Below are positions 22,453-31,686 of a stretch of 38,297 nucleotides of DNA, piece after piece. The stretch lies in IMG/VR virus record IMGVR_UViG_3300032257_000359, positions 1 to 38,297 of that record. One strand, given 5' to 3'. Origin of the DNA: a virus. Lineage: Duplodnaviria > Caudoviricetes. Position 1 is the stretch's first letter; each line of letters begins with the position of its first letter. The translations under genes and the position numbers were made by a program. Below the pieces are notes generated by a model that was given only the letters and a program-made list of their open reading frames with translations, was not told the origin of the DNA and did no database searches.

Positions 22453-24780
22453 TTAGGTTGTGGTCGCGTTAGCGCTGGCCCACGGCCCGACAGCCGCGTC
22501 AGAGGTCACGGCGCGGGCGAAGTAGTATCGTGTTTGGCTGGCCAGCAGGCCGGTTTCCGTGTGCGTGTAGACCGCGCCTGCGCTGCCGGTTTGCTCAGAC
22601 AGCAGCGCCGCCGCCTCTGGGTCGTCCGAATCGGCGCCCCAGAATTGCAGGGCATAGAACGATGATCCGCTCGGAGCCGTCACCGACAGCGCGATCTGCC
22701 CGCTGCCCGGTGTCGCGGTGAAGGATGTGGGCGCGGCCAGCGTGAACCCGACCTGCACGGCGAGGTCATAGATCCACGTCGAGTAGCGATCCTCGAATAG
22801 CGACCGCGCGCGGAAATCATACGACTCCCCGGTGGCGACAGGTGTTAGCGTTTCGACAACATACTCGGCGGTATTTGTCGCGGTCCCGCCGATCTGCCAG
22901 AACCCGTTTTGATTGCGCCGGAAATGCCATTCGGCGGATGTCGCCTTGGCGTCGGCGGTCCATATCGGGTTCGGGTCGGTGATCAGAAAGCCTGCCATAC
23001 CAATCGTCAGATCAATGTCGGCGCCGTTCACCGCGCCACTCAGGCTTTCCGGCACCGGGATCGACGGGTCGGCGGGCGCTTCGCCTGCCTCGTAGAAATC
23101 CTGTTCGTCCGTGGCGGGCACCCAATCATAAACCGTTGATGCCGTCTCGCGCAGGGACAACGGGATCGCGAATGGCGCTTGGCTTTCGTCAGACAGCCAG
23201 TTCGCCGGGTCGCTGCTGTCAACGCGCGCAATCATGTTTCGCGTGTCGCCGGAGATCGGGAAGTCGACAGTCACCGTGCCGCCCGCAACGGCCTGCGATG
23301 CGACCGGCGGGAAGCTCGCCGTCAGCCGCTTTGTCAGCGCGGCCTGCCTGCCCATGATCTGCTGCACCCGCATGGCCTGTTGCGGGTTGGTAACAAAGTC
23401 CAGCGACACGCCGGTAATCCGCGATTCAGACCCGTCCCAATTCGGGTCCACCTGAAACGGTGCAAGCGCGCTTAACTCCCAATCGGATGCCGGGTCGGAA
23501 AATGACGCCTGAATCGCGCCCGGCATTTCGCGCGACCCAGCGCGCGCCGAGAATTTCATGGGCTGCCCGCGCATCACCTCATCCAGTGTGATCTCCGGGG
23601 CCTGATATTCCCCCGGCGAATAGCCAATCTGACCGTCGATCCGCACGAGACTGCCCGCCCCCGCCTGCTCAATTGGCCAGGCCAGTTCATTCAGTTCCTC
23701 GGACCCGAAAACAACTATGCCGCCCACGGTATAGCGCGATTGCGAACCGCCGGAATTGAGCGCCACCGATTCATCCGCCAGATCGGCGGCTGCGTCAAAG
23801 TCGTCAACGCGCAACTGGCTGATTGGGTATGGCTCGACCGGGTTTGCAATCAGGTAATCCAGCAGGCACAGCGCCTGATTGTTGCTGTATTCCCATGTGT
23901 CGGGGTCTGCGTCATCATGCCCAACCTCTCGCGGATCGTAGACCTTTGACCAATCAGCCTCGACCGCAATTGACGGCGGCCACGCGGGCCAGCGGTCAGA
24001 CAGCGAGGCGGCGGGGCCTTCATCGGCGCGCACCCACAAAACAGTCAACCCGCTGAACCTATCGGTGCTCCACAGCTTGGCCGAATTGAGGCCGGTCAAA
24101 TCGCCCACCTCGGACATGATGCGCGCAGGGGGCGTCAGCTGATCGCCAAGCCCCAGCCAGAAATTCAGATACCCCTGAAACGGGCTGTTCGTCGCCTGCG
24201 CACCATCCGTTTTGATCACACCCGACCAATTAAATGCGGTGCCACCAGAGGGCGCGGCATCGGTCAGCACGACGCGGAATGTCGTGGCGGTCAGCGTATC
24301 GACGGCCAAGACTTCGCCCGCATCGGTCCAAGCCGTCACGTCACCGGCAACAGGCGTATCGCTCAGGCCGTGGGTTACGGTAGCGGTTGTCGCAGCCTCG
24401 ACCACGGTGCCGGTGCCGGACTGAAAGTCGCCCAAGTCATAGATATCACCAGAAAGCCCAACGTCGCGGGCGTCCGACCACAGCCGAAACACGCCGCCAG
24501 CGCTGGGGCGACTGTTCAACAGGATCGCCATGTAAAGCACGTCATCGATTTCCCGCATGAATACGGGCGTGCCCTGAATTTTCGCGCGGCCATATGCAAA
24601 TCGGTATGGCGGGTTTGCTGTCGGCGTGGCCAGCTCGCGCGCGGTGTCCGATGTCGATCTGCGATTCAGCGCAGCAACAGCGGCGTTCAGCGCCAGCGAT
24701 GCGCCGAAATTCACGATAGCGCCCGCCAGCGTTTCGCTCAGTCCAAGCGCGATCAGTTTTCCGGCCAGATATTCTGCCAC
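22453..24780 (-). CDS. Tail tip / host-specificity protein (J-like) with FnIII-like C-terminus
   Basis: RFAYGR, KVYDPR....DP.TWEYSNNQALC.LDYL, AAD.ADE.V......RYT.GG, YDFRARS, YYFARAV; position after NlpC-like gene. Confidence 0.85.
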   Translation of the reverse strand: MAEYLAGKLIALGLSETLAGAIVNFGASLALNAAVAALNRRSTSDTARELATPTANPPYRFAYGRAKIQGTPVFMREIDDVLYMAILLNSRPSAGGVFRLWSDARDVGLSGDIYDLGDFQSGTGTVVEAATTATVTHGLSDTPVAGDVTAWTDAGEVLAVDTLTATTFRVVLTDAAPSGGTAFNWSGVIKTDGAQATNSPFQGYLNFWLGLGDQLTPPARIMSEVGDLTGLNSAKLWSTDRFSGLTVLWVRADEGPAASLSDRWPAWPPSIAVEADWSKVYDPREVGHDDADPDTWEYSNNQALCLLDYLIANPVEPYPISQLRVDDFDAAADLADESVALNSGGSQSRYTVGGIVVFGSEELNELAWPIEQAGAGSLVRIDGQIGYSPGEYQAPEITLDEVMRGQPMKFSARAGSREMPGAIQASFSDPASDWELSALAPFQVDPNWDGSESRITGVSLDFVTNPQQAMRVQQIMGRQAALTKRLTASFPPVASQAVAGGTVTVDFPISGDTRNMIARVDSSDPANWLSDESQAPFAIPLSLRETASTVYDWVPATDEQDFYEAGEAPADPSIPVPESLSGAVNGADIDLTIGMAGFLITDPNPIWTADAKATSAEWHFRRNQNGFWQIGGTATNTAEYVVETLTPVATGESYDFRARSLFEDRYSTWIYDLAVQVGFTLAAPTSFTATPGSGQIALSVTAPSGSSFYALQFWGADSDDPEAAALLSEQTGSAGAVYTHTETGLLASQTRYYFARAVTSDAAVGPWASANATTT

Positions 24781-24785
24781 TTACG

Positions 24786-25157
24786 TTACCTCGCCCACGA
24801 CAAAACGGCAGGCCCAACCGTCTGAAAACCGCCGTCTACAGGCCCCGCCCATTGGCCATGCCCAAGCGCCACACCAAGCGCGAAGCCGTCATTCAGCCGC
24901 ACAAGGCCAATCTCGCCCGCCTCGCCACAGCCGCCCACAAGCCCCGCTGCATCGGCAAGGCCCTGCGCCATGCGCCGCCAGCCGCCGCGTGCCCGGATGA
25001 TCGCCGTAGCCTCATCCTTGGAAGCATAAAGTCCGCGCAAAGGCTGCATCGGGTCAACGCCCCACAGCCGCAAGAACACGTCGCAAGCCGAGGTGCAGCA
25101 ATCCGCAGTCCCCCAGACGAAAGGGCGGTTCATCACCGCCAGCACCGCTTGCATCAC
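24786..25157 (-). CDS. Tail-associated NlpC/P60-like (DUF6950-type) protein
   Basis: RPFVWGTADCC...D......GVDP...LRG.Y motif. Confidence 0.75.
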   Translation of the reverse strand: MMQAVLAVMNRPFVWGTADCCTSACDVFLRLWGVDPMQPLRGLYASKDEATAIIRARGGWRRMAQGLADAAGLVGGCGEAGEIGLVRLNDGFALGVALGHGQWAGPVDGGFQTVGPAVLSWAR

Positions 25158-25741
25158 CGCCTCTGCGCTATGACAATTGCGTTCGCGACCGCTGATCGTG
25201 TCCATCGAAACCCCGTATCCGTTGCATCGCGTCGTTTCTGATCAGCGTCCGTATGCACCGCCGCACCGCGCGCGCGCTGTGTGGGTCCGGTTTCGACGCT
25301 GATTGTCAGCGGTCGCGCCTGCGTTTCACCCTGCCAAACGACCTCGTCGCTAGGCTCGCCAACCCGGCCCGTGAACACCTCGAACGGGTCGCCAATCAGC
25401 GTCGTGCCGCCCTGTTCTGTCACCGCGCCGAAATAGACCTGCACCGCGCGACCCGCCGCCGCCTCGGCTTGCGCATAGACCGCATCAATCTGCGTATCGT
25501 CGCCCGTGACAACCAGACTGCCCTCGATCATGGCAATGCCTTGGCCCTCTCCGGGTAGCGATATTGCCGCCTCAAGCCCCGCCGCGCCGGTCCATGTCTG
25601 GCCATCAAATGACAGATCGCCCGCGCCTGAATGCAGCCGCACCGCGCCCGTGGGCCAATCAACGTAGGCCAGGACCACCGAATGAAACGGCGCGGCCATC
25701 GCGGCCAGCGTGTCAGCATGGATCGTGCGCTTCAGGACCAC
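25154..25741 (-). CDS. Minor tail (hub) protein
   Basis: VRLHSG.GDL..DG.TW.G, GR.V.VY.G, F.GR, TDADQ.RR...DTGF; synteny. Confidence 0.75.
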   Translation of the reverse strand: MVLKRTIHADTLAAMAAPFHSVVLAYVDWPTGAVRLHSGAGDLSFDGQTWTGAAGLEAAISLPGEGQGIAMIEGSLVVTGDDTQIDAVYAQAEAAAGRAVQVYFGAVTEQGGTTLIGDPFEVFTGRVGEPSDEVVWQGETQARPLTISVETGPTQRARGAAVHTDADQKRRDATDTGFRWTRSAVANAIVIAQRR

Positions 25742-26403
25742 GGATCAACCTCCGTTGCGCCCGCCGGGATTTCTGCGGTGAACACCTCACGCAGCGTAAA
25801 CTGATAGGACCAGTCCGAGCCAACCGCCTGACCGCCGCCGCTGATCCCGTCCATATCGAACACCAGCGATTGCGGGGCATTCACGCGCATCACGCCAGCA
25901 GGCAGAGCCGAATGCAGCGGGATAACCGCCGCGCCGGAAAGATCCGCGCGCACCGTTCGCACAGCCCGCGCCGTGGCGGCCAGCGTGCCGCCCGAATAAC
26001 TGCCGATCACGTCATAGGCACGGCAAACAATCTTATTCGGCACCAGCCCCGTGATCTGCACCGCGTCAAACCCGCCAGAGGTCGTGACCGATCCCGTCAT
26101 CGCCGGGCCGGTCAGGCTGAACGGTGCGGGCTTTTCGTCCAGCGCCCAATTGACCGGCGGCGCATCCATGCGCACAAGATTCGCGCGGCCCGCCAGCAGG
26201 TGCTTGAGGCTTTCCGCCATGCCCGCGCCGTCCCGGTCACCAGATAGGGCCGTGACCGTAACGCCCGCGCGCATTCGCGCCGAGCCGACACTTGCGCCAA
26301 ACCGTTCCCCTGTGAACGCGCCAATTCCCGAGCGCGCCGGGCGTTCGACGGAAAACTGAACCGCCTGCATTTTGAACGGAGGCCACGCGATAATGTCGGT
26401 CAT
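25732..26403 (-). CDS. Distal tail (Dit-like) protein
   Basis: Directly after tape measure, ATGA-coupled; ends with LREVF typical of Dit-like genes. Confidence 0.65.
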   Translation of the reverse strand: MTDIIAWPPFKMQAVQFSVERPARSGIGAFTGERFGASVGSARMRAGVTVTALSGDRDGAGMAESLKHLLAGRANLVRMDAPPVNWALDEKPAPFSLTGPAMTGSVTTSGGFDAVQITGLVPNKIVCRAYDVIGSYSGGTLAATARAVRTVRADLSGAAVIPLHSALPAGVMRVNAPQSLVFDMDGISGGGQAVGSDWSYQFTLREVFTAEIPAGATEVDPWS

Positions 26404-28619
26404 GTAAAGCGAACCTCACGAGACGCGGCATAGGTTGCCTGCACCGATTTTTTGACGATGCCAGGCTGCGCGCGCTTGATCGCTTGTTCGATCTGTTCGG
26501 CCACGCCAATCTGCGCGCCGCGCGCATCGATATTGTAGGTGGCTGACTGCCCGGCAGATTGCCCGCGCAGCGCATCCTTCGCTTGCGCGACATTCAACAC
26601 CCCACCAGATCGCGACGGCACCATGATTTCGCTGTTCGCTGTGTTCTCATTGACCAGATATGGCACGCCCGCCTGAACTGGCCCGCCCGATGCACGCTTG
26701 CCGCCAAGCGATGCACCGATGGCTGACAAAATACCACCGCCACCGCCACCCATAACGGACAAGAGTCGCTGAAAATGTGTTGATGCCAGCTGCTGCAAGA
26801 GGCGAGAGAATGCGGTGCGTGCTGCATCGCCGCCTTGCGCGAGACCTTCGAAAATCGACCCGATGGCATCCGCCCCGCGCTCGGCGTCTTCGCGCACTCG
26901 CTCCATACTGTCAGCAGCGTCCTCGGCGGACTGCCCTGCCGCGACATAAGACGCCGCCAGTGCGTCGATTTCCGCCTGCAGTTCAGGCGTTATTGCCCGC
27001 CCCTCGGTCAGTGCCTCATTCATCAGTTGAGCGCGCGTGCGCGCATATTCCACGGCATCGCCATATTCGCGACCACCAACCGCGACCGCGACCAAGGCGG
27101 CGGCCTCTAGTTCCAGCGCGCGAGTTCTGGCCTGAATGTCCTCAACCGCCGCCGCGTAACCCTCAGCACTACCGCCGCCACCGCTCACTGGCGGCGCGCC
27201 CCGGCCGTCACCGAGAGGTGCAGCGCGCGGACGAATAGACGTTCGTGGTGCCTGCGCTGTCGGCGGCATGATAGGGCCAGACGCATCAAGCGGCGTGCCG
27301 GTCGTCATTCCGAATTCATCACCCGGCAGTTCGGAACGCAGCGCCTGCGCCTCACCACGCATCAACCGCAACATTCCCGCAAGCCCGCTCAGTTGCGTCA
27401 CGGCACCTGACACATCGATCCCGTCAATGTCGTTGATGGAACTCAGAGCCTGCACCGCGTGGGTGATGGCATTCTGCAATTCGCGGTCAAATTCTTCAGT
27501 GCCGATTCGCCCGGCCCGCATATCGGCAACGAGTTGCTCCATATCCGCAATCACCGCGTCGAACGACAGCATGTCCTGCACCCTGCCGAGATCGCTCAAT
27601 TGACCCGTCACATCGGCCATGCCAGACGCAGCCCGCAGGGTGGCCGCATGCACATCATCCGCGCCAGTCGCGATGCCACCCAGCGCGGCGCTGGCCACAT
27701 CATCCAATTCACCTGCCTGCGAAATCAGTTCGTCGAATAGGGAATCACCGAGCGTTGCCCGCGCCCGGTCCAGCGTCCCGAACATCCGCTCGAGCGTGTC
27801 AACCGGGGTCTCAACGCCGCCAGCGAACAGGCCAACCGCCGCCGCCTGCAGAAACGTCCGAAGGCGCGTCGTCAATTCGCCAAATTTCTGATCGAGAATC
27901 GTCGCGCGCTGGATCATCTCCTGTTCCATCACCGCACCAACATCGTGCGCCAAGGCAATGGTATTTCGCAATCCGCGCTCGCCCTGGTCCAGCAGTTCCA
28001 CAAATCGCTCGCCCGCCGATCCACCGAACAATTCATCGGCAACCCGGATTTGACCCGCGCGGTCCAGATCTTCCATGCGTCCCAGTATTTCCAACATCAG
28101 TTCAGAAGGGTCTTCCAAGTCGCGGGCAAGCGAGACCGCATCGAAGCCAAGCCTTGCGATCGCCTCGGCTGCGGGCCCCGCGCCCGTGACGATGAATTCG
28201 TCAGCCCGCAAGTTCAGTTCTTTGAACCCGTCAACCAATTGATCAATGCCGATGCGATTTTGCTGCGCGACAAAACTCCATTCCTGAAAGGTATCCACGG
28301 CAAGCCCGGCGCGCTGCGCCGCGTCGCCGATTGACGCGATGCCGCGAACCGCCTGCGCAAGATTGGTGGTGAACACGCCGAGCGCGCCTGCGACCAATCC
28401 ACCGGCGAGCCCGGTTGCAAAGGTGCGCCCAAAGGAGACCGCGCTCGTCCCCATGCGGCGAAAGTTGTTTTCAACCGTCCGCGACATGCGGGTCGTGTTG
28501 CGCCGCGCATCCCGCGACATTTTGGCGATCAGCTTGTTGTTGCGATCCATTGCTCGCGCAAAATCACGATCCTTGGCTTGCAATAGGATTGTGATGCGCT
28601 CTAGGTTTTCATCAGCCAT
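26400..28619 (-). CDS. Tail tape measure protein
   Basis: 739 aa, Ala/Gly-rich helical; C-terminal RASGGPV.AG.PYLVNE...E..VP..SG, IDARGA. Confidence 0.9.
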   Translation of the reverse strand: MADENLERITILLQAKDRDFARAMDRNNKLIAKMSRDARRNTTRMSRTVENNFRRMGTSAVSFGRTFATGLAGGLVAGALGVFTTNLAQAVRGIASIGDAAQRAGLAVDTFQEWSFVAQQNRIGIDQLVDGFKELNLRADEFIVTGAGPAAEAIARLGFDAVSLARDLEDPSELMLEILGRMEDLDRAGQIRVADELFGGSAGERFVELLDQGERGLRNTIALAHDVGAVMEQEMIQRATILDQKFGELTTRLRTFLQAAAVGLFAGGVETPVDTLERMFGTLDRARATLGDSLFDELISQAGELDDVASAALGGIATGADDVHAATLRAASGMADVTGQLSDLGRVQDMLSFDAVIADMEQLVADMRAGRIGTEEFDRELQNAITHAVQALSSINDIDGIDVSGAVTQLSGLAGMLRLMRGEAQALRSELPGDEFGMTTGTPLDASGPIMPPTAQAPRTSIRPRAAPLGDGRGAPPVSGGGGSAEGYAAAVEDIQARTRALELEAAALVAVAVGGREYGDAVEYARTRAQLMNEALTEGRAITPELQAEIDALAASYVAAGQSAEDAADSMERVREDAERGADAIGSIFEGLAQGGDAARTAFSRLLQQLASTHFQRLLSVMGGGGGGILSAIGASLGGKRASGGPVQAGVPYLVNENTANSEIMVPSRSGGVLNVAQAKDALRGQSAGQSATYNIDARGAQIGVAEQIEQAIKRAQPGIVKKSVQATYAASREVRFT

Positions 28620-28647
28620 TTTGATCCAATTAGCAAAGGAGACCGCC

Positions 28648-28815
28648 TTGGGAATTGCGCTCTACGTTCTGGGCTTCGGCCAATGCCTGTTGGGCATTAG
28701 CGCCTATTTGGTCGCGGGATCTGCACTGCATGAATTGACCGCCGCCGTGCTTTTTGGCTCTGGAGTGATCGCAGTGGGCCTTTCCGCGATCCTCGGCGAA
28801 GTCACCAAGCGCTAG
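28648..28815 (+). CDS. 55-aa two-TM membrane protein (moron, candidate superinfection exclusion)
   Basis: AAGGAG SD, TTG start, MGIALYVLGFGQCLLGISAYLVAGSALHELTAAVLFGSGVIAVGLSAILGEVTKR; antisense to tail operon. Confidence 0.65.
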   Translation: MGIALYVLGFGQCLLGISAYLVAGSALHELTAAVLFGSGVIAVGLSAILGEVTKR

Positions 28816-29057
28816 CCATATCTGGCGACCAGGGACTCGTATTCGTCGTCAGTTGGCGCGGCCACCTCGCCGCTGGCCGATGCCTGCGCCTCATTCCAAC
28901 CTGCAATTAGCAGATCGGTTTCCTCTGGCGTCATAGCGCGCACCGTTGCCGGTGTCAGGCTCATCACCCCGCAGAGGTTTTTGATCCGCGCGCGAGCGTC
29001 GTATCGTGTTCGGGCTGGACCGCTTTTCGCTTGCGCGATCCAGCCGCGCGCTTTTTT
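28812..29057 (-). CDS. Tail assembly chaperone frameshift extension (gpT-like)
   Basis: -1 frame is open from the slippery site to TAG at 28812: ...LTPATVRAMTPEETDLLIAGW...APTDDEYESLVARYG*. Confidence 0.75.
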   Translation of the reverse strand, partial: KKARGWIAQAKSGPARTRYDARARIKNLCGVMSLTPATVRAMTPEETDLLIAGWNEAQASASGEVAAPTDDEYESLVARYG

Positions 29058-29395
29058 GCCGGGGAATCCAGCACGGAGGGAATGAACGTCACGCCAAGAA
29101 GACGCTGCGCAACCTGCCGCAGATGCAGGTTTTCTGAGGGCGGTTGCGCGGCGATCAGGTCATCCGCCGCCCGGTCTGTCATGCCTGCCCCAACCAGCCC
29201 AAGCGCAATCAGATCACGCACGTGCCGCGCTTGCGGTGCTGGCCCACGACCAAACAACTGGTCGAACAGCTCAAAAATACCGAAGGGCGCGAATTGTGTC
29301 TCGAACCGCTCGATCTCGCCATTGCGAAGCAGAAGACGGCGGACTTCTCCGCCGATCTTCTCTTCGTAAGCAACGTTTGTGCCAGCGATCGCCAT
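28964..29395 (-). CDS. Tail assembly chaperone (gpG-like)
   Basis: Between tail tube and TMP; RDLIALGLVGAGM....A..L motif. Confidence 0.8.
   Translation of the reverse strand: MAIAGTNVAYEEKIGGEVRRLLLRNGEIERFETQFAPFGIFELFDQLFGRGPAPQARHVRDLIALGLVGAGMTDRAADDLIAAQPPSENLHLRQVAQRLLGVTFIPSVLDSPAKKRAAGSRKRKAVQPEHDTTLARGSKTSAG
29051..29057 (-). promoter_or_regulatory. -1 programmed ribosomal frameshift heptamer A AAA AAG
   Basis: In-frame GCA AAA AAG in the chaperone gene with an open -1 frame downstream. Confidence 0.75.
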
Positions 29396-29823
29396 TACGC
29401 TACTGGCGCAAAGGTGACAGTGCCGGACGATCCCAGAGACAGCGAATAGGTCACGCCGTTCTCTTTTTCGCCGCCGTAATCGATAGAACTCACGATGAAT
29501 GCGCCTGCGAACGTCCCGAAATCCGGCACGATAATCTGAAAGTTCGCCACCGCATCAGCGGCCATGGCCACGGTGTTCAGCCGCAACTCGGATGCTTCAT
29601 CTTTGAAATACCCGTTGCCGCTGACGCTCATCCTCTTGATGCCCGACATCACCTCAGTCCACAGCGCGCCTTCTGGCGTGGTGCAGTCTGCGGTGGTCAC
29701 ATCGAACTCTGAGTTGTTTATCGTCAGCGTTTTGCTGTTCAGCCCGCAGAGCGTAGCGAACGCCTCCGTGCCAGCGCCATCGCCGATTTTGATAAGGAGC
29801 AGCCGCCCCTGCTGTTTGGCCAT
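29395..29823 (-). CDS. Major tail (tube) protein, TP901-1 family
   Basis: MAKQQGRLLLIKIGDG...F.TLCG.......N....DVTT.D, SVSGNG.F, FQIIVPDFGT..G.F. Confidence 0.9.
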   Translation of the reverse strand: MAKQQGRLLLIKIGDGAGTEAFATLCGLNSKTLTINNSEFDVTTADCTTPEGALWTEVMSGIKRMSVSGNGYFKDEASELRLNTVAMAADAVANFQIIVPDFGTFAGAFIVSSIDYGGEKENGVTYSLSLGSSGTVTFAPVA

Positions 29824-29919
29824 AATTCAGGCTCCATCTAAGGGAAAAGGGGCGCTTCGCAGCGCTCCGGTCCAGCCTTGCCCAAGGGCGGGATATGGGC
29901 GAACCCTTGCGGGTATTGA

Positions 29920-30330
29920 TCAAGCGGCCTCTAAAGCCGCCTCGAATGCGATTGTCGCAATGTAGCTTTTGCCATCCGCCGCGCGGCTGACAGCCTGCGT
30001 CGTGAATTGGCACCATTCCAGTGTATAGCCGGTTACAGAAAGCGCGGCGTCGTCCAACGCCTCACGCACGGCGTGGGCGATCCGTGACGCCTCGACGCGC
30101 CCGGCGACGGGCCGCGAATGCGCCTCAATGCTGAATGCTATATCCTCATCGGTTCGCGCAGAAAGTCGCAGCGGACGCAGGTCAATCGTGCCCACACGCA
30201 CGTAAGGAAACCCCACACCTTGCGGAGGTTCGTCATAGACGCGCGCGGCAACCAGCGCCGCAACTGCCGCATGCGCTTTGAGCGCATCGACCAGCGCTGC
30301 CTGCAGAGCAAGGGCGGGCCCATCAACCAC
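29920..30330 (-). CDS. Tail terminator protein (DUF3168 family)
   Basis: PALALQAALV.AL....V.ALV..RVYDEPPQ...FPYV..G; GTG start with GAGGGG SD. Confidence 0.85.
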   Translation of the reverse strand: MVDGPALALQAALVDALKAHAAVAALVAARVYDEPPQGVGFPYVRVGTIDLRPLRLSARTDEDIAFSIEAHSRPVAGRVEASRIAHAVREALDDAALSVTGYTLEWCQFTTQAVSRAADGKSYIATIAFEAALEAA

Positions 30331-30496
30331 GAGCGCGCACCCCTCGAGAAACAAAAACGGCCAAGCGCCTAGCCAGCTTTTCCAGATCTACACTTCCAGG
30401 AAGCATGAATTCGAAAAGGCTCGCCGCGAAAATCAAAACGCGACAAGTCGCGATACGCCAGCGCGGCAATGAAATTGCGATTTTGTCGTCAGCCAT
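30323..30496 (-). CDS. 57-aa hypothetical protein inserted in the neck operon
   Basis: MADDKIAISLPRWRIATCRVLIFAASLFEFMLPGSVDLEKLARRLAVFVSRGVRARG; overlaps gp10 stop and DUF3168 start; not in the ORF track. Confidence 0.55.
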   Translation of the reverse strand: MADDKIAISLPRWRIATCRVLIFAASLFEFMLPGSVDLEKLARRLAVFVSRGVRARG

Positions 30497-30851
30497 TGAA
30501 CAGCCCTTTTACCGCCTTGTTCACTGCGCGTTTCGCACGCGCTTTGTGGCGCTTGCGCGTTACAGACAACGCCGGATTCACAAACGGACGCGGGCCGCTG
30601 TTGCCCTCGATCACTTTCGACTTCGGGCCGAAATCCACCAGCACGGAACCGTCACCATTCTGGGTGGCGTGTATTTTGTCACGCTCTGCACCGTCGCCAT
30701 GAATATCGCCGCCAACGGGAATAAGCACCTTGGCGGTGCGCACTAATTCGTCAGCCGACTTTTTCACTGCCTCATCAACATTGCGCTTTAGCCGATCGGG
30801 CAGCGACGAGAGCTTTCGCATCACCCGCTCCGCACCAATCACCTTGCTCAT
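30489..30851 (-). CDS. HK97 gp10-like neck/tail-completion protein
   Basis: V.GAE...RKL..LP, AK.L.PV, PRPFVNPAL; synteny. Confidence 0.8.
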   Translation of the reverse strand: MSKVIGAERVMRKLSSLPDRLKRNVDEAVKKSADELVRTAKVLIPVGGDIHGDGAERDKIHATQNGDGSVLVDFGPKSKVIEGNSGPRPFVNPALSVTRKRHKARAKRAVNKAVKGLFNG

Positions 30852-31180
30852 ACCGCCACCCCGGTTTCGCACAGAATTTCCAGCATCGCGCCCTGCCGAT
30901 CCAATTGACCAATGCTGCGAATGTTCCACGTTTCGCCGCGTGCGACGATCCGATCCGCTTCGGTCAAATCAGCCGTCGCCGGATCAAACCTGACGCGGAT
31001 CGTTGCGGTGCGCGCTGCTTCCAAACGACCGGCCTCTACGCGCTCTTTCCCCGGCGTCTCGCGCATATCAGCCCACAGGTTCACAAGGGCCACCCAAGAC
31101 GTAGTGGTATTTCCATACCCGTCTGAGCCAGCGACACCGCGTTCAACTGTAATGTAATCGCGCAAACGTCCGGAAGGCAT
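30848..31180 (-). CDS. Head-tail adaptor (head closure, SPP1 gp16-like)
   Basis: GRLR..IT.ER.....DGYG....W......WA, GKE...AG, TI..R, DRI...G..WNI.SI. Confidence 0.85.
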   Translation of the reverse strand: MPSGRLRDYITVERGVAGSDGYGNTTTSWVALVNLWADMRETPGKERVEAGRLEAARTATIRVRFDPATADLTEADRIVARGETWNIRSIGQLDRQGAMLEILCETGVAV

Positions 31181-31686
31181 CAGACCCGCCTCCAGCGCAA
31201 GACACCAATCAATTGATCAACGCCGAATGGCAGATCGCTGGTGATATTGCCGATGTTCACTGCTTCGCGGTTTTCATACCAGTGCCCGACCAGCATCTTG
31301 ATCACCACAATCACCACGTCGAGCTGCGCTTGGGGCATGGCGCAGGTGAAGGTCACTGTGCCTTCGCCTGTCACGGTGACCACAGGGCCACCATCCCCGA
31401 TCACGGGCGTCAGCGCCACTGCGCCGTCGCCATAATCGACGGTGACTGCAGAGACATCCGGCATAGGCAATGTAAAGTCACCCGCGCAAGGAGCCTCAAC
31501 AGACCATGTTTGCGCAATGATGGCGCGACCTAAGACGCCGCGCCACCCGTCCAGATATCCCACCGCAGCCGCGCCAAGTGCCGCAATCAGCGCATCCTCA
31601 TACGCATGCGTCACTCGCAAATGCAATTTGAGTGCATCCAAATCAACAGGCACAGACGCGGGGGTGGCGACAAGAACAGGAGTCAT
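31180..31686 (-). CDS. Head-tail connector (HK97 gp6-like)
   Basis: PV.L..LK.HLRV....ED.LI, GVLGRAII.QTW, MLVGHWYENREAV...LPFGV. Confidence 0.9.
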   Translation of the reverse strand: MTPVLVATPASVPVDLDALKLHLRVTHAYEDALIAALGAAAVGYLDGWRGVLGRAIIAQTWSVEAPCAGDFTLPMPDVSAVTVDYGDGAVALTPVIGDGGPVVTVTGEGTVTFTCAMPQAQLDVVIVVIKMLVGHWYENREAVNIGNITSDLPFGVDQLIGVLRWRRV

